A stretch of DNA of 64,000 bases from Rhodospirillaceae bacterium (GCA_902527765.1 CABZPW010000001.1:2511-66510); one strand, 5' to 3'; positions 20,335 to 32,587 are shown, counted from the stretch's first letter. Numbers and translations: made by a program. The notes: generated from the sequence alone by a model not told the origin.

Positions 20335-20960
20335 TAAAGAACAACTTCTGGATCTATACTCCTCCACAAATACCAGCTAGCTATAGTTCGCCAAGGTTTC
20401 CATTTCAATGAAAAGTTTTCAGCATCATCCTTGGTAGGCCTAATATTATTAAAATAATTTTTCCCCATAGCTTTAAGAAGACCTATATCATCAGCAGAAA
20501 AAATATCTGGACGATTTAAACAAAAAATCATAAACATTTTAATGCTCCAAGGGCCTATGCCTTTGATGTTTATTAAAAATGAGTATATTTCTTGATCATT
20601 TAAATTATTCCAATAATTATAAGAATTAAAATCTTTTAATTTTTCTGACAAATTAATTAAATAAGAAGCTTTTCTCTCTGATAAACCAATTTTTTTAAGT
20701 TGGTTAAAATCACTTGGTTTAAAAAACTGACCATCAAAAATATTGTATTTATTTTCTAGACGATTCCATACAGCACTTGCAGCCGCTACTGAAATTTGTT
20801 GACCTACAATAGACTTACATAAGGAATAAAATGGATTTCTAATACTACTAAGTTTATTATCATTAAATTTATTGATTAAGCTTTTCATAATGGAGTCATT
20901 GTTTGAAAGTTCATTACAGCCTTCATTCCACCAAGAAGGTATATATGTTTTTACTGTCAT
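20331..20960 (-). CDS. DNA-3-methyladenine glycosylase (AlkA/HhH-GPD)
   Basis: SIVGQQISVAAA, IKGIGPWS, DDIGL, WKPWRTIASWYLW. Confidence 0.92.
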   Translation of the reverse strand: MTVKTYIPSWWNEGCNELSNNDSIMKSLINKFNDNKLSSIRNPFYSLCKSIVGQQISVAAASAVWNRLENKYNIFDGQFFKPSDFNQLKKIGLSERKASYLINLSEKLKDFNSYNYWNNLNDQEIYSFLINIKGIGPWSIKMFMIFCLNRPDIFSADDIGLLKAMGKNYFNNIRPTKDDAENFSLKWKPWRTIASWYLWRSIDPEVVLY

Positions 20961-21148
20961 TTTAATATTTTTATTACTTCATCATTAGCTATTTATTAAT
21001 TCATAGTCACTTTTAGCTAACATGATAACAGGAATTATGAATATAATGATGAAAAAACAAAAAATAAATAGAAAAAATGAGTAATATGTTGATTGACTTT
21101 TTTTTCTTAAATATGGTAATGATCCTAATAATTAAAAATAGGTAAATA

Positions 21149-23491
21149 ATGACTAAATCTAAATACAACTGGCAATTAAAGTATAGAAGAATAATAACAG
21201 AAAAACCTTATATGATGTTTATTTTGGGGTTAGTTATTACAATTATTTTTGGAATGGGGTTAAAAGGTTTATCTCAAAACCCTGATAATAGAATTTTTTT
21301 TTCAGATGATGACCCTAACTTAGTAGCTCTTGAGACATTAGAGAATACTTATACTAAAAATGATAATTTATTTGTTGTTATGGCTCCAAAAAACGAAAAT
21401 GTTTTTGATCCTGATAATTTATATATATTAAGAGAGTTAACTAAAAGATTATGGCAAACTCCATCTTCTAGTAGAGTTGATTCAATAACTAATTTTCAAT
21501 GGACTAGAGCAGAGGGTGATGACATTATTATTAGTGATTTAGTTCCTGAGGGAGAAATAACTAGTGAAATTGCTATCAATGCTCAAGAAGTTGTGTTTGA
21601 TGAACCTCTAATATTAAATCAATTAGTTAGTCCAGATAGAAAGTTTACTGGAATTAATATTACAATCATAAAACCAGATGATTCTGTAGAAGCTGGAAAT
21701 TCAGTTATAGAAATTATGAATTTTATAAGACCAATTCAAAATGAATTAAAAGAAAAATATCCTAATGTAGATTTTTATGTAACTGGTGGTGTTCCACTTA
21801 CTATGGCTTTTACCGAAGTTTCAATTAGTGATATGGCGACCTTAACTCCTTTAATGTTATTAGTAATTTTTTTAGTTGCAGGACTTTCATTAAGGTCAGT
21901 CTTGGGATCTATAATAACAGCTTTTATTGTAATTCTTTCTGTTATTGGCATGATGGGTGTTGCTGGCTGGATGAAGTTTATTTTAAATGCTGCTACTTTT
22001 AATTCTTTTTTAATGTTGTCAGCTTTAACTATTGCTCATTGTGTTCATATTATGAGCACTCAAAGAATTAATATGAGGTTAGGTAAAAATAAAAAAGATT
22101 CAATTGATGAATCTTTAAGAGTCAATTTACAGCCAGTGTTTATGACCGCAATTACCACGGCTATAGGTTTTCTTACTATGCATTTTTCAGAGGCACCTCC
22201 TTTTAGACAATTAGGGTATATGATGGCTTTTGGTAATTTAATACTCCTTTTTCACGCTGTGGTAACATTACCAGCCTTATTAGTCATTTTACCTAGCAAG
22301 GTAAAAAATATAGGTTCCTCAAAAGCTGAAAATTTTATGACCAAATTAAGCGAATTTGTTATACGAAAAAGAAAAGTTCTTTTAATTGGTAATGGAGCCT
22401 TAATAATTTTTTTATCATTAGGTATGACTAAAATTACTTTAGATGATACCTGGACTAAATATTTTGATAAAAGATTTGAAATAAGAGAACATTCTGATTT
22501 CGTTGAAGATAATCTAACAGGTTTAAACACCATTGAGTATTCTATACCTTCGGGAAGCCCAGATGGAATAAATGACCCTGAGTATTGGAAAAAATTGGAA
22601 AAGTTAGCGAATAGAATTAGACAAGAACCTAATGTTACTCATGTTACTACCTTATCAGATACTATAAAAAGATTAAATAAAGCAATGAATGAAGATGATC
22701 CAAGCTTTTATTCCATACCTGAAAGTAGAGAGTTGGCTGCTCAATATTTGCTATTGTATGAACTTTCTGTACCTTTTGGATTAGATTTGAATGATAGAAT
22801 TAATGTAGATAAATCGTCAACTAGGTTTACCGTAACATTGCAGAATGCTTCTAATGATGACGTAAGAGAGTTAGATAAAATTATTCAAGATTATTTTGAT
22901 AAAGAGTTACCTGAGTTTAAAACACAGGGAACAGGTTTATCAATGATATTTTCACATTTCTCTAAAAGAAACATAGACTCTATGCTAGTAGGAACAACTA
23001 CTGCTTTAATTTTAATTTCCTTTTTATTAATTATAGCATTGAAAAATGTTAAGCTCGGATTGTTAAGTTTAATTCCAAATTTATTTCCAGCGGCAATGGG
23101 TTTTGGTTTGTGGGGCTATTTACAAGGAGAAGTTGGTGTAGCTTTATCTGTTGTGGCTGCTATGACGTTAGGTATAGTGGTTGATGACACTGTGCATTAT
23201 TTAAGTAAATACTTAAGAGGTAGAAGAGAACAGGGGCTAAGCCCAGAACAAGCTACTACTTATGCTTTTAAAAATGTAGGGTTTGCACTGAGCACAACAA
23301 CTTTAGCATTAGTTGCTGGTTTTACTGTGTTGTCTTTTTCTGGTTTTAAAGTTAATGCAGATATGGCAATGCTTACTGCAATAACTATCGCAATAGCATT
23401 ATTTATAGATTTATTTTTTCTGCCTACTTTATTGATGGCAATAGATAAAGTAAAGTTTAAACAAAACAACAAATTAAAAGTTAATACCTAG
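21149..23491 (+). CDS. MMPL/RND family transporter
   Basis: Two RND halves; TAITTAIGF, ELAAQYLLLYE, GIVVDDTVH. Confidence 0.92.
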   Translation: MTKSKYNWQLKYRRIITEKPYMMFILGLVITIIFGMGLKGLSQNPDNRIFFSDDDPNLVALETLENTYTKNDNLFVVMAPKNENVFDPDNLYILRELTKRLWQTPSSSRVDSITNFQWTRAEGDDIIISDLVPEGEITSEIAINAQEVVFDEPLILNQLVSPDRKFTGINITIIKPDDSVEAGNSVIEIMNFIRPIQNELKEKYPNVDFYVTGGVPLTMAFTEVSISDMATLTPLMLLVIFLVAGLSLRSVLGSIITAFIVILSVIGMMGVAGWMKFILNAATFNSFLMLSALTIAHCVHIMSTQRINMRLGKNKKDSIDESLRVNLQPVFMTAITTAIGFLTMHFSEAPPFRQLGYMMAFGNLILLFHAVVTLPALLVILPSKVKNIGSSKAENFMTKLSEFVIRKRKVLLIGNGALIIFLSLGMTKITLDDTWTKYFDKRFEIREHSDFVEDNLTGLNTIEYSIPSGSPDGINDPEYWKKLEKLANRIRQEPNVTHVTTLSDTIKRLNKAMNEDDPSFYSIPESRELAAQYLLLYELSVPFGLDLNDRINVDKSSTRFTVTLQNASNDDVRELDKIIQDYFDKELPEFKTQGTGLSMIFSHFSKRNIDSMLVGTTTALILISFLLIIALKNVKLGLLSLIPNLFPAAMGFGLWGYLQGEVGVALSVVAAMTLGIVVDDTVHYLSKYLRGRREQGLSPEQATTYAFKNVGFALSTTTLALVAGFTVLSFSGFKVNADMAMLTAITIAIALFIDLFFLPTLLMAIDKVKFKQNNKLKVNT

Positions 23492-23504
23492 GAGATTACT
23501 TATT

Positions 23505-24308
23505 ATGTTTTTAAAATATGTTTTTATTATTAAATTAATTTTCATAGCGTTTATAAGTTTTTTAAATGCTGAAAGCGAAGATGATAAAGCTCTGCGAATA
23601 TCAACTGATGCATATAATTATGATAAAGGGTTTGGAGACTTTACCTCCGATTCGAAAATGACTTTAAGAAATAAACAAGGTGAAGAAACTATAAGAAACT
23701 TTAGAGGTAAAACTTTAGAGGTTGATGGAGATGGTGATAAGACTTTGTTTATTTTTGACAGTCCTAAAGATGTTAAAGGTACTGCTACACTTACATTTAC
23801 CCACAAATTAGATCCGGATGATCAATGGCTTTATCTACCTGCTTTAAAAAGAGTAAAAAGGATAACTTCAGATAATAGATCTGGCTCCTTCGTAGGTTCA
23901 GAGTTTGCTTATGAAGATTTAGGAAGTCAAGAATTGGAAAAATATAAAGACCGTAAATATTTGAGAAAAGAAGCTTGTCCTAATAATAATGATTTAGAAT
24001 GTCACGTGATAAGCAGAGTGCCAACTGAAAAAAGTTCAGGTTATAAATATCAAGTGTTGTGGTTAGACGATACAACTGCGCATAAAGTGTGGAAAATAGA
24101 TTATTTTGATAGAAAAGGATCACATTTAAAAACATTATTTTTTGATGATTATAAAATTTATTTAGATAAACATTGGAGACCAAGTGTTTATAAAATGATT
24201 AATCATCAAACAGGAAAATCCACTGATTTATTAGTACAAAATATTAAATTTAAAGTTGGATTATCTTCAAGAGATTTCAATCCTAAAAGTTTATCAAGAG
24301 CTAGATAG
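23505..24308 (+). CDS. LolA-like outer-membrane lipoprotein-sorting family protein
   Basis: PKDVKGTA.L, DDQWLYLPALKRVKRI, GSFVGSEFAYEDL. Confidence 0.9.
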   Translation: MFLKYVFIIKLIFIAFISFLNAESEDDKALRISTDAYNYDKGFGDFTSDSKMTLRNKQGEETIRNFRGKTLEVDGDGDKTLFIFDSPKDVKGTATLTFTHKLDPDDQWLYLPALKRVKRITSDNRSGSFVGSEFAYEDLGSQELEKYKDRKYLRKEACPNNNDLECHVISRVPTEKSSGYKYQVLWLDDTTAHKVWKIDYFDRKGSHLKTLFFDDYKIYLDKHWRPSVYKMINHQTGKSTDLLVQNIKFKVGLSSRDFNPKSLSRAR

Positions 24309-24319
24309 TTTAATTTAAA

Positions 24320-25528
24320 ATGAGGGGCTTTTTTAAGTTATGCTGTTTAGTTTATTTTTTTCTATTAGCACCTTATTCTGCAGAATTAGATTGGGAAATT
24401 AATAGTGAAATAGGATTAGAGGTTAAAGAGTTTCACAAAAAAGAAGCCTATGCAGATCAAAAGAATACATATTCTAATTTTATTAAATCAGAAATATTTA
24501 TAGACTTTAAAAATGATATTGAATTTTTAATGGAACCCTATTTTAGATACGACCATCACGATAAAAATAGAAGTTTATTTAATTTTAAGGAGAATAACTT
24601 TACCTATTATTATAATGATATACAGGTTAAGGCAGGTATTAGTGAAGTTTTTTGGGGAATTACAGAGTCTAAGAATTTAGTCAATATTATAAATGTAAAA
24701 GATGTTGCTGATGGTGATCAAAAAGCAAAACTTGGACAGTCTCTTTTAGCTTTTTCTAATTACTCAGAAAAATATGGAAGCTTAGATATTTATTATTTAC
24801 CATTTTTCAAAAATTCTTCTCAAATAGGTCAGACTGGAAGGCTTAGATTAAGTAAACCGATAGAAAACTATGATATTGTTTATGAAGGAGGAGCAGGATC
24901 TAAGGTTCCTAGTTGGGCTATAAAATGGGAAAATAGTTTTGGAATGCTTGATTTTTCATTACAGGGTTTTAGAGGTAATAGTAGGGAAAGTTCTACTATA
25001 GCAAAATTAGAAAATTTACAATTAAAATATTTTCAAGGATATGAAAGAATTTCTCAATTGGGTACTTATTTACAAGTTATTTCTGGACCTATCATTTATA
25101 AAGTAGAAGCAATAAAAAGAAATGGTCAAAAAAATGCTAAAAATATTAGAGAAAACTTTTATTCTTATACTTTAGGAATGGAATATTTAATTAATAATTT
25201 ATTTGAAAATAAGTGGGATCTTTCTTCATTCATTGAATATCATAATGATGATAGAAATAATGATTCTACTGATATTTTTCAGAATGATTTATTTTTAGCA
25301 ACTAGGTTAAATTTTAATGATACTGATGGAACCGAATTTTTAACTTCAATAACACTAGACACAGATGGTGGAGGCAATACTTCAACTTTAGAGCTAAGTT
25401 CAAGAATTACTGATAATATTAGGGTTACAGGAAGTTATAATGCATATTGGTCAGTAAATGAAAAAGATATTTTGTATAGTTTCAGACGAGATAATTATTT
25501 TTTAATAAATATTACAAACTATTTCTGA
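24320..25528 (+). CDS. Putative outer-membrane beta-barrel partner of MMPL/LolA-like pair
   Basis: Signal peptide, VFWGITES.NLV.IIN, FQNDLF, alternating strands, C-terminal aromatic (NYF). Confidence 0.75.
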   Translation: MRGFFKLCCLVYFFLLAPYSAELDWEINSEIGLEVKEFHKKEAYADQKNTYSNFIKSEIFIDFKNDIEFLMEPYFRYDHHDKNRSLFNFKENNFTYYYNDIQVKAGISEVFWGITESKNLVNIINVKDVADGDQKAKLGQSLLAFSNYSEKYGSLDIYYLPFFKNSSQIGQTGRLRLSKPIENYDIVYEGGAGSKVPSWAIKWENSFGMLDFSLQGFRGNSRESSTIAKLENLQLKYFQGYERISQLGTYLQVISGPIIYKVEAIKRNGQKNAKNIRENFYSYTLGMEYLINNLFENKWDLSSFIEYHNDDRNNDSTDIFQNDLFLATRLNFNDTDGTEFLTSITLDTDGGGNTSTLELSSRITDNIRVTGSYNAYWSVNEKDILYSFRRDNYFLINITNYF

Positions 25529-25580
25529 TTACTTAGTTGCACCCCTTTAAAACTTCTTTATAATTAATATTAATTAAAGT

Positions 25581-25642
25581 TTGCAAATTTAATGTAGTTG
25601 TAATAGAACAATATAAGAACATAAAAAGAATTAAAATAGAAC
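25581..25642 (+). promoter_or_regulatory. recA promoter with tandem alphaproteobacterial LexA boxes
   Basis: TTGCAA(25581)-17 bp-TAGAAC(25604); GAAC/GAAC/GAAT/GAAC at 25606, 25617, 25628, 25639, each separated by N7. Confidence 0.85.
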
Positions 25643-25652
25643 AGGTATTGTT

Positions 25653-26696
25653 ATGAGTTTAGAAGATAAAAGTAAGGCTTTAGAGAGTGCTCTAGGGTTA
25701 ATTGAAAGAAATTATGGTAGTGGCTCTATCATGAGACTAGGAGACAACACCACTGTTAATATTGAAGCTATATCTACTGGGTCTCTTGGTCTGGACTTAG
25801 CGTTAGGTATAGGAGGTTTGCCTAAGGGTAGAATTATAGAAGTATATGGGCCTGAGAGTTCAGGAAAAACTACATTAGCTTTACAAGTAGTAGCTAGTGC
25901 TCAAAAAAAGGAAGGAATTTGTGCTTTTATAGATGCTGAGCATGCACTTGATCCAGTGTATGCAAAAAACTTAGGAGTTGATGTTGATAAACTTTTAGTA
26001 TCTCAGCCTGATGCAGGTGAACAAGCACTAGAGATTGCTGATACGTTAGTAAAATCAGGAGCTGTAGATGTATTAGTAGTGGATAGTGTTGCAGCATTAG
26101 TTCCCAAAGCTGAATTGGAAGGAGATATGGGAGACAGTCATATGGGACTTCACGCTAGATTAATGAGCCAAGCGTTAAGAAAATTAACATCTTCAATTTC
26201 TAGATCAAATGCAATGGTAATATTTATTAATCAAATAAGAATGAAAATAGGAGTTATGTTTGGTAGCCCAGAAACTACTACTGGGGGTAATGCTTTAAAG
26301 TTTTATGCCTCTGTTAGATTAGACATAAGAAGAATAGGGCAAATTAAAGATAAAGATCAAATTGTTGGAAACCAAACTAGAGTTAAAGTTGTCAAAAATA
26401 AGGTAGCTCCTCCATTCAAAATCACAGAATTTGATATATTGTATGGAGAAGGAATTTCTAAAGAAGGGGAAATTATAGATTTAGGAGTAGCTGAAGGCTT
26501 TGTAGAAAAATCAGGATCTTGGTACAGTTTTAATGGTAACAGAATTGGTCAAGGAAGAGAAAATGCTAAAAAATTCTTATTAGATAATAAAGAGATTGCT
26601 GATGAAATAGAAGGCATGATTAGAAAGAAAAATAGTACTAGTGAGGAAGAACAAGAACAACTAGAAGAAGAAAAGAGTTTAGAAGAAGAAAATTAA
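25653..26696 (+). CDS. recA: Recombinase A
   Basis: [44 protein letters not shown]. Confidence 0.99.
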   Translation: MSLEDKSKALESALGLIERNYGSGSIMRLGDNTTVNIEAISTGSLGLDLALGIGGLPKGRIIEVYGPESSGKTTLALQVVASAQKKEGICAFIDAEHALDPVYAKNLGVDVDKLLVSQPDAGEQALEIADTLVKSGAVDVLVVDSVAALVPKAELEGDMGDSHMGLHARLMSQALRKLTSSISRSNAMVIFINQIRMKIGVMFGSPETTTGGNALKFYASVRLDIRRIGQIKDKDQIVGNQTRVKVVKNKVAPPFKITEFDILYGEGISKEGEIIDLGVAEGFVEKSGSWYSFNGNRIGQGRENAKKFLLDNKEIADEIEGMIRKKNSTSEEEQEQLEEEKSLEEEN

Positions 26697-26733
26697 CTAT
26701 ACATTTTTTTTCTTTATTTTTATATTATAATGA

Positions 26734-29385
26734 ATGATTGAAAACTCTTTATCAGATATAAGAAAAGAATTTCTAGATTTTTTTTCAAAAAGAAAACATA
26801 ACGTAATTCAGTCATCTCCATTAGTACCTCACAATGATGATTCGCTGCTGTTTACTAATGCAGGAATGGTACAATTCAAAAATATTTTTACAGGGTTAGA
26901 TAAACCTGAAAATGGAAATAGAGCAGTTACAGCACAGAAATGTGTTAGAGCTGGAGGAAAGCATAATGATTTAGAGAATGTAGGTTTAACTAAAAGGCAT
27001 CATACTTTTTTTGAAATGTTGGGAAATTTTTCTTTTGGTGATTATTTCAAAGAAGAAGCAATAGAAATGGCGTGGGAATTATTAACCAAAAACTACCAAA
27101 TAGATAGAGAGAAATTATATGTTACTGTTTACCATACAGACGATGAAGCCTTTAACATTTGGAAAAAAGTAACAGGGTTTTCAGAATCAAAAATTTTAAA
27201 AATAAGTACCAGCGATAATTTTTGGGAAATGGGTGACTCTGGACCATGTGGTCCATGCTCAGAAATATTTTTTGATCATGGTCCAGAATTTTCAGGTGGA
27301 CTTCCAGGAAGTGAAGATGAAGGTGACAGGTATGTAGAAATTTGGAATTTAGTTTTTATGCAGTTCAACAAGAAAAAGAACGGAGATATGGAAAAACTTC
27401 CTAAACCATCTATTGATACTGGAATGGGAATAGAAAGAGTAGCTGCAGTATTACAAGGTACATCTGATAATTATGAAGTAGATACTTTTAGAAATATAAT
27501 TGAGTTTACAAAAGAACAATTTAAAATTGAAGAGAATGAGCATACAAGGATTCCACTAAGAATAATTAGTGACCATTTAAGGTCAGTTAGTTTTCTAATT
27601 TCTGATGGCGTACTTCCTTCAAATGAAGGCAGAGGCTATGTCTTAAGAAGAATTTTAAGAAGAGCAATAAGACATATTTACAATTTAAATATTAAAATAG
27701 AAAATTTTTATAAATTGGTTCCAATTTTAATAAAAGAAATGGGAAAACATTATAAGGAATTAAATGTTTATAGTGATCTTATTAATAATACTATTAAAAC
27801 AGAGGAGTCAAAATTTTTAGAAACGTTAGATAAAGGTTTAAAAATTCTGCAGGAAGAAAATAATAAAAATAAAGAAAGCAAAATTTTTTCAGGTAAAGTT
27901 GCTTTTAAATTATATGATACTTATGGGTTCCCACTAGATTTGACAGAAGATGTTTTAAAAGAAAATAATAAAAAAGTAGATATTAGTGATTTTAATATTG
28001 AGATGGAAAAACAAAAGGAAATGTCAAAAAAATCTTGGAAAGGCGATAATGACAATGAGAATCAGATTTTTTGGCACAAGATAATACAAGAGATAAAACC
28101 TACTACTTTTATAGGTTATGATACCTTAGAAAGCACAGAGTATGTTAGCAAGATAATTATAAATGGTGAGGAAGTAGAGCAGGTATCGGATCAAGATAAT
28201 AAAATTTCTTTGTTATTTGAAAAGTCTCCTTTTTATGCAGAGTCAGGAGGGCAAATTGGGGATAGAGGAATTATAGAAAATTCTTCTTTTAAATTTAAAG
28301 TTATAGATACAATAAAAAGAGGAGAAAAGGTGTTTGATCACTATGGTCATTTAATCTCTGGAACGATTAAGAAAAAAGATCAAGTTATACTTAAAGTAGA
28401 CCAAGAATTAAGAAAATTAGTAGCCGCTAATCATTCTGCAACTCATTTATTGCACAGTGCTCTAAGAATTAACCTTGGAAAGCATGTCACACAAAAAGGT
28501 TCTTTAGTTAATGAGACTAAGTTAAGGTTTGATATTTCACATAATTCTTCTATTTCAGAAGATTTAATTAAAAAAATAGAAAAAGATGTTAATCAGCAAA
28601 TTTTTAATAATACACAAGTTTCCCATTCGGTAATCAATAAAGATGAGGCTATAAATAAAGGAGCAATGGCCATATTTGGTGAAAAATACGGAGATAAGGT
28701 AAGAGTTATAGAAATGGGTAAAAGAAAAGAGAAGCCATATTCTGTTGAGCTGTGTGGAGGAACTCACGTTAGTAGAACTGGGGATATAGGTTTAATTAAA
28801 ATTATTTCAGAAGGCAGTTTAGCATCTGGAGTAAGAAGAATTGAAGCAGTTTCAGGTTTAGTGGCAATTGAAAAATATAATAAAATAGAAAGTGATATGA
28901 ACAAATTGGCATTAAAGTTAAAAACAACTCCTAAATTATTAGAAGATAAGGTAATAAAAATTTTAAATGAAAAAAAAGATTTAGAAAAAAAGCTATTACA
29001 AATCAATAATAATAGAAATGATAAAAGTGATAATTTTGAAATTAAAAAAATTAAAAATATTAATGTAATTCACGCGATCTTAGAAAATGTTAGTTCAAAA
29101 GAAATGAAACTAATCATTGATAAACAGTTAAATAAACAATCTGACAGTTTAGTTATACTCATATCCAAAGAAAAAGAAAAAGTAACCGCTGTGATTGGTA
29201 TAGAAAAGAATATAAGTGATACTTTTGATGCTAATGATTTAATTAAACTAATTATACCTGTTTTAGGTGGAAAAGGCGGAGGGGGAAGAAGTACTTTAGC
29301 CCAGGGAGGTGGAAGTAGTCCAGAAAACTCTGAAAAAGCGGTAAAGATATTAATCGAAGAGATTGAAAGAAAGTTAGCTTCTTAA
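26734..29385 (+). CDS. alaS: Alanine--tRNA ligase
   Basis: [46 protein letters not shown]. Confidence 0.99.
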   Translation: MIENSLSDIRKEFLDFFSKRKHNVIQSSPLVPHNDDSLLFTNAGMVQFKNIFTGLDKPENGNRAVTAQKCVRAGGKHNDLENVGLTKRHHTFFEMLGNFSFGDYFKEEAIEMAWELLTKNYQIDREKLYVTVYHTDDEAFNIWKKVTGFSESKILKISTSDNFWEMGDSGPCGPCSEIFFDHGPEFSGGLPGSEDEGDRYVEIWNLVFMQFNKKKNGDMEKLPKPSIDTGMGIERVAAVLQGTSDNYEVDTFRNIIEFTKEQFKIEENEHTRIPLRIISDHLRSVSFLISDGVLPSNEGRGYVLRRILRRAIRHIYNLNIKIENFYKLVPILIKEMGKHYKELNVYSDLINNTIKTEESKFLETLDKGLKILQEENNKNKESKIFSGKVAFKLYDTYGFPLDLTEDVLKENNKKVDISDFNIEMEKQKEMSKKSWKGDNDNENQIFWHKIIQEIKPTTFIGYDTLESTEYVSKIIINGEEVEQVSDQDNKISLLFEKSPFYAESGGQIGDRGIIENSSFKFKVIDTIKRGEKVFDHYGHLISGTIKKKDQVILKVDQELRKLVAANHSATHLLHSALRINLGKHVTQKGSLVNETKLRFDISHNSSISEDLIKKIEKDVNQQIFNNTQVSHSVINKDEAINKGAMAIFGEKYGDKVRVIEMGKRKEKPYSVELCGGTHVSRTGDIGLIKIISEGSLASGVRRIEAVSGLVAIEKYNKIESDMNKLALKLKTTPKLLEDKVIKILNEKKDLEKKLLQINNNRNDKSDNFEIKKIKNINVIHAILENVSSKEMKLIIDKQLNKQSDSLVILISKEKEKVTAVIGIEKNISDTFDANDLIKLIIPVLGGKGGGGRSTLAQGGGSSPENSEKAVKILIEEIERKLAS

Positions 29386-30585
29386 GCTTTTTAATGTATC
29401 TGCAATTTTATTTATAAACTCTTTAGTTTCCATCCATTTTTGATTCATCCCTACTAATAAAGCAAGGTCTTTAGTCATAAAACCCTCTTCTACAGTTTTG
29501 ATACATGCATTTTCTAAGTCTGAAGAAAACTTTTTTAAATCTTCATTTTTATCAAAAGATGCCCTATATGAAAGGCCTTGTGACCAGGCAAATATTGATG
29601 CAATCGGATTAGTAGAAGTTTCCTTGCCTTTTTGATATTGTCTATAGTGTCTGGTAACAGTGCCATGTGCTGCCTCAGCCTCAATTGCATTACCGTCAGG
29701 CGTCATTAATACTGAAGTCATTAATCCAAGAGAACCAAAACCTTGTGCTATCGTATCAGATTGAACATCGCCATCATAATTTTTACATGCCCAAACAAAA
29801 CCGCCTTCCCATTTCATAGCACAAGCCACCATATCATCAATTAATCTATGTTCATAAATTATGCCCTTTTCATCAAATTTATCTTTAAATTCTGTTAAAA
29901 AAATTTTTTCAAAAGTATCTTTAAATAAACCATCATAAGCTTTCAAAATAGTATTTTTAGTAGACATATAAACTGGCCATTCTAAGTTAAGACCATAATT
30001 AAAACAGGCTCTTGCAAAACCTTCTATAGACTCTTCTAAGTTGTACATGCTTAAAGCACATCCTTTATCTTTAAAGTCAAATACATCTTTAGTAATAGTT
30101 TCACCATTTTCTGGTTCAAACACTAATTTTAATTTTCCAGGACCAGGAACAACAAAGTCTGTAGCTCTATATTGATCTCCAAATGCATGTCTTCCTATTA
30201 CTATAGGTTTGGTCCAAGTAGGAACATACCTAGGGATATTTTTTATAATAATCGGTTGTCTGAAAACCGTACCACCTAAAATATTTCTAATAGTGCCATT
30301 AGGAGATCGCCACATTTTTTTTAATTTAAACTCATCTACTCTCGCTTCATCTGGAGTAATTGTTGCACATTTTACTCCTACTCTATATTTTTTAATAGCT
30401 TCTGCTGCATCTATTGTAATTTGATCATCGGTATCGTCTCTGCTTTGAACACTAAGGTCATAATATTTTAATTCAATATCCAGCCAAGGAAGTATGAGTT
30501 CATCTTTAATAAGTTGCCATATTATTCTGGTCATTTCATCCCCATCAAGTTCAACAACAGGGTTATTAACTAAAATTTTTTTCAC
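29374..30585 (-). CDS. icd: NADP-dependent isocitrate dehydrogenase
   Basis: [37 protein letters not shown]. Confidence 0.98.
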   Translation of the reverse strand: MKKILVNNPVVELDGDEMTRIIWQLIKDELILPWLDIELKYYDLSVQSRDDTDDQITIDAAEAIKKYRVGVKCATITPDEARVDEFKLKKMWRSPNGTIRNILGGTVFRQPIIIKNIPRYVPTWTKPIVIGRHAFGDQYRATDFVVPGPGKLKLVFEPENGETITKDVFDFKDKGCALSMYNLEESIEGFARACFNYGLNLEWPVYMSTKNTILKAYDGLFKDTFEKIFLTEFKDKFDEKGIIYEHRLIDDMVACAMKWEGGFVWACKNYDGDVQSDTIAQGFGSLGLMTSVLMTPDGNAIEAEAAHGTVTRHYRQYQKGKETSTNPIASIFAWSQGLSYRASFDKNEDLKKFSSDLENACIKTVEEGFMTKDLALLVGMNQKWMETKEFINKIADTLKSLRS

Positions 30586-30609
30586 ATCATCCTCACAAAT
30601 TAAAATTCA

Positions 30610-31161
30610 TTAAAAATTATCTTCAATAAATTCAATAGTTTTACTAATGGAATTTTTAAAAATAATATTACTATTTTTATTAGTATATAAAAAACCACTT
30701 TTTTTTAAATCTTTTATAAGATTTTTTAAAGAGTGCCAAAAATTATTAATATCTAATATTATAATTTTTTTATCTATTAGGGCTAGTTGGTTTAAAGATA
30801 TTAATTCAAAAACTTCGTCTAAAGTTCCAAATCCTCCTGGTAATGCTATAAAAAAATCAGACTTTTTAATCATAATGCTTTTTCTATCAAATAAGTCTTT
30901 TGTAACAATTTCTTTTTTAGATTTTATTATATCCATTTTGTTTTTAAAAAACTTAGGTATTACTGAAATCAAAGAGCCATTTTTTTCTAGCACACCTTCT
31001 GCAAGTTCACCCATTAGACCTGAATTACCTCCTCCATAAATAACATTAAAATTTCTTTCAGCTAGTTTTTTTCCTAATGTATTTGCTAATCTTAAATATT
31101 TAATATTATTTCCAGACTTACTTCCACAAAAGACACAAACCGTATAAGTTTTTTTTTGCAT
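30610..31161 (-). CDS. LOG family (TIGR00730) nucleotide phosphoribohydrolase
   Basis: VCVFCGS, YGGG..GLMG, PGGFGTLDE. Confidence 0.92.
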   Translation of the reverse strand: MQKKTYTVCVFCGSKSGNNIKYLRLANTLGKKLAERNFNVIYGGGNSGLMGELAEGVLEKNGSLISVIPKFFKNKMDIIKSKKEIVTKDLFDRKSIMIKKSDFFIALPGGFGTLDEVFELISLNQLALIDKKIIILDINNFWHSLKNLIKDLKKSGFLYTNKNSNIIFKNSISKTIEFIEDNF

Positions 31162-31176
31162 AATCTTTAAAAAATT

Positions 31177-32301
31177 TTAAGAATATTTTCTATAGATAAA
31201 GTCTGGGTTTTCAGATCCAGCTTTTGATAGTGGCTCTTCCAATACATTTCTATAAGGAGAAAACTCACAGGTAGGATCAGTAGCATCTGCATTACCTGTT
31301 AAGGCAAATGCCTGACACCTACAGCCACCCCAATCTATTTCTCTTCTATCACAGGATTGACAAGGTTCAGGCATCCAGTCAGTTCCTCTAAATCTATTAA
31401 ATGATTCAGAATGCTCCCATATCCATGCTAATGATTTTTCTTTCAAATTATCAAAATTTAAAAAATTTAATGATTCAGCGGCGTGGCAAGGTAAAACTTT
31501 TCCTGCAGGAGTAATATTTAAGAACTGACGACCCCATCCACCCATGCAAGATTTAGGTTTTTTGGCATAATAGTCGGGTACAACATAATCAATTGCCAAG
31601 ATACCTTTATACTTTATTCTTGCTTCTTCAACTATAATTGTTGCTTTATCTAATTGTTCTCTTGTTGGCAGGAATGCTGTTTGATTCTTAAGTGCCCACC
31701 CATAATATTGCACCTGTGCAACTTCAAGTCTTTCAGCATCCAATTCAACTGCTAGTTCAATCATATTCTTTAAATTATGAAGATTCTGACGGTGCATTAC
31801 AGCATTTACCGTTAAAGGCAATCCAACTTTTCTGATTAGACCACAAGTTTCTATTTTTTTTTGATGACCTTTAAAACCAGCAATTTTTTCAGAATTATTA
31901 GGATCAGTATCTTGTATAGAAACTTGAACATGATCCAAACCTGCATCATAAAGCTTTTTTAATCTATTTTCATTAATCAAAACACCGGAAGTAATTAGGT
32001 TAGTATATAGTCCTATTTTAGAGGCATGATTTATTAGTTCTTCTAAATCTTTTCTTGCAGTAGGTTCTCCTCCTGAAAAGTGTGCCTGTAAAATACCTAT
32101 TTTGGCTCCATCAGACAAAGCTGTTTTCCATAAATCTGTACTAATTTCATTACTTTTCAACTCTAATTCTACTGGGTTTGAACAGTAAGGACATGAAAGA
32201 GGGCACCTATGAGTTAACTCACATAGCATTGCGTATGGAATAAGAGTTTTACTTTTTTTTTCTGGAGTACTAAAGCTCTTATCTTTATTTAAATCATTCA
32301 T
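31177..32301 (-). CDS. pqqE: PQQ biosynthesis radical SAM protein
   Basis: ELTHRCPLSCPYCSNP, CMGGWG, PCHAA, DWGGCRCQA. Confidence 0.97.
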   Translation of the reverse strand: MNDLNKDKSFSTPEKKSKTLIPYAMLCELTHRCPLSCPYCSNPVELELKSNEISTDLWKTALSDGAKIGILQAHFSGGEPTARKDLEELINHASKIGLYTNLITSGVLINENRLKKLYDAGLDHVQVSIQDTDPNNSEKIAGFKGHQKKIETCGLIRKVGLPLTVNAVMHRQNLHNLKNMIELAVELDAERLEVAQVQYYGWALKNQTAFLPTREQLDKATIIVEEARIKYKGILAIDYVVPDYYAKKPKSCMGGWGRQFLNITPAGKVLPCHAAESLNFLNFDNLKEKSLAWIWEHSESFNRFRGTDWMPEPCQSCDRREIDWGGCRCQAFALTGNADATDPTCEFSPYRNVLEEPLSKAGSENPDFIYRKYS

Positions 32302-32587
32302 TTATTAAAAATCCTTTATCTGCTAAAGATTGCAACATAGTTACAACGTCATTAGTTACTTGCTCCTTAGGAGCATCTTCATATTTAACTAAAAGCTTAT
32401 CAATAATTTGTTTCAGAGTATCTTTTCCATTTATTAATTGCATTACCTCTCCAGCAATATCATCTAACTCAAATACTCTTTCAGGAGCATTGATAATCCA
32501 TTTTTTTCTAGCATGGTCAAACCTAAGTTTTGCGTGCCTAGGTAAAGAAGGTACATCTTCAATTTTTAATTTTATCAATTTACTCAT
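32294..32587 (-). CDS. pqqD: PQQ peptide chaperone
   Basis: LPRHAKLRFD..R..W....PER; operon position. Confidence 0.93.
   Translation of the reverse strand: MSKLIKLKIEDVPSLPRHAKLRFDHARKKWIINAPERVFELDDIAGEVMQLINGKDTLKQIIDKLLVKYEDAPKEQVTNDVVTMLQSLADKGFLINE

Noticed and set aside
26640-26696. GAAGAA-rich repeat at the recA 3' end
   Set aside because: Encodes the ordinary acidic RecA C-terminal tail.
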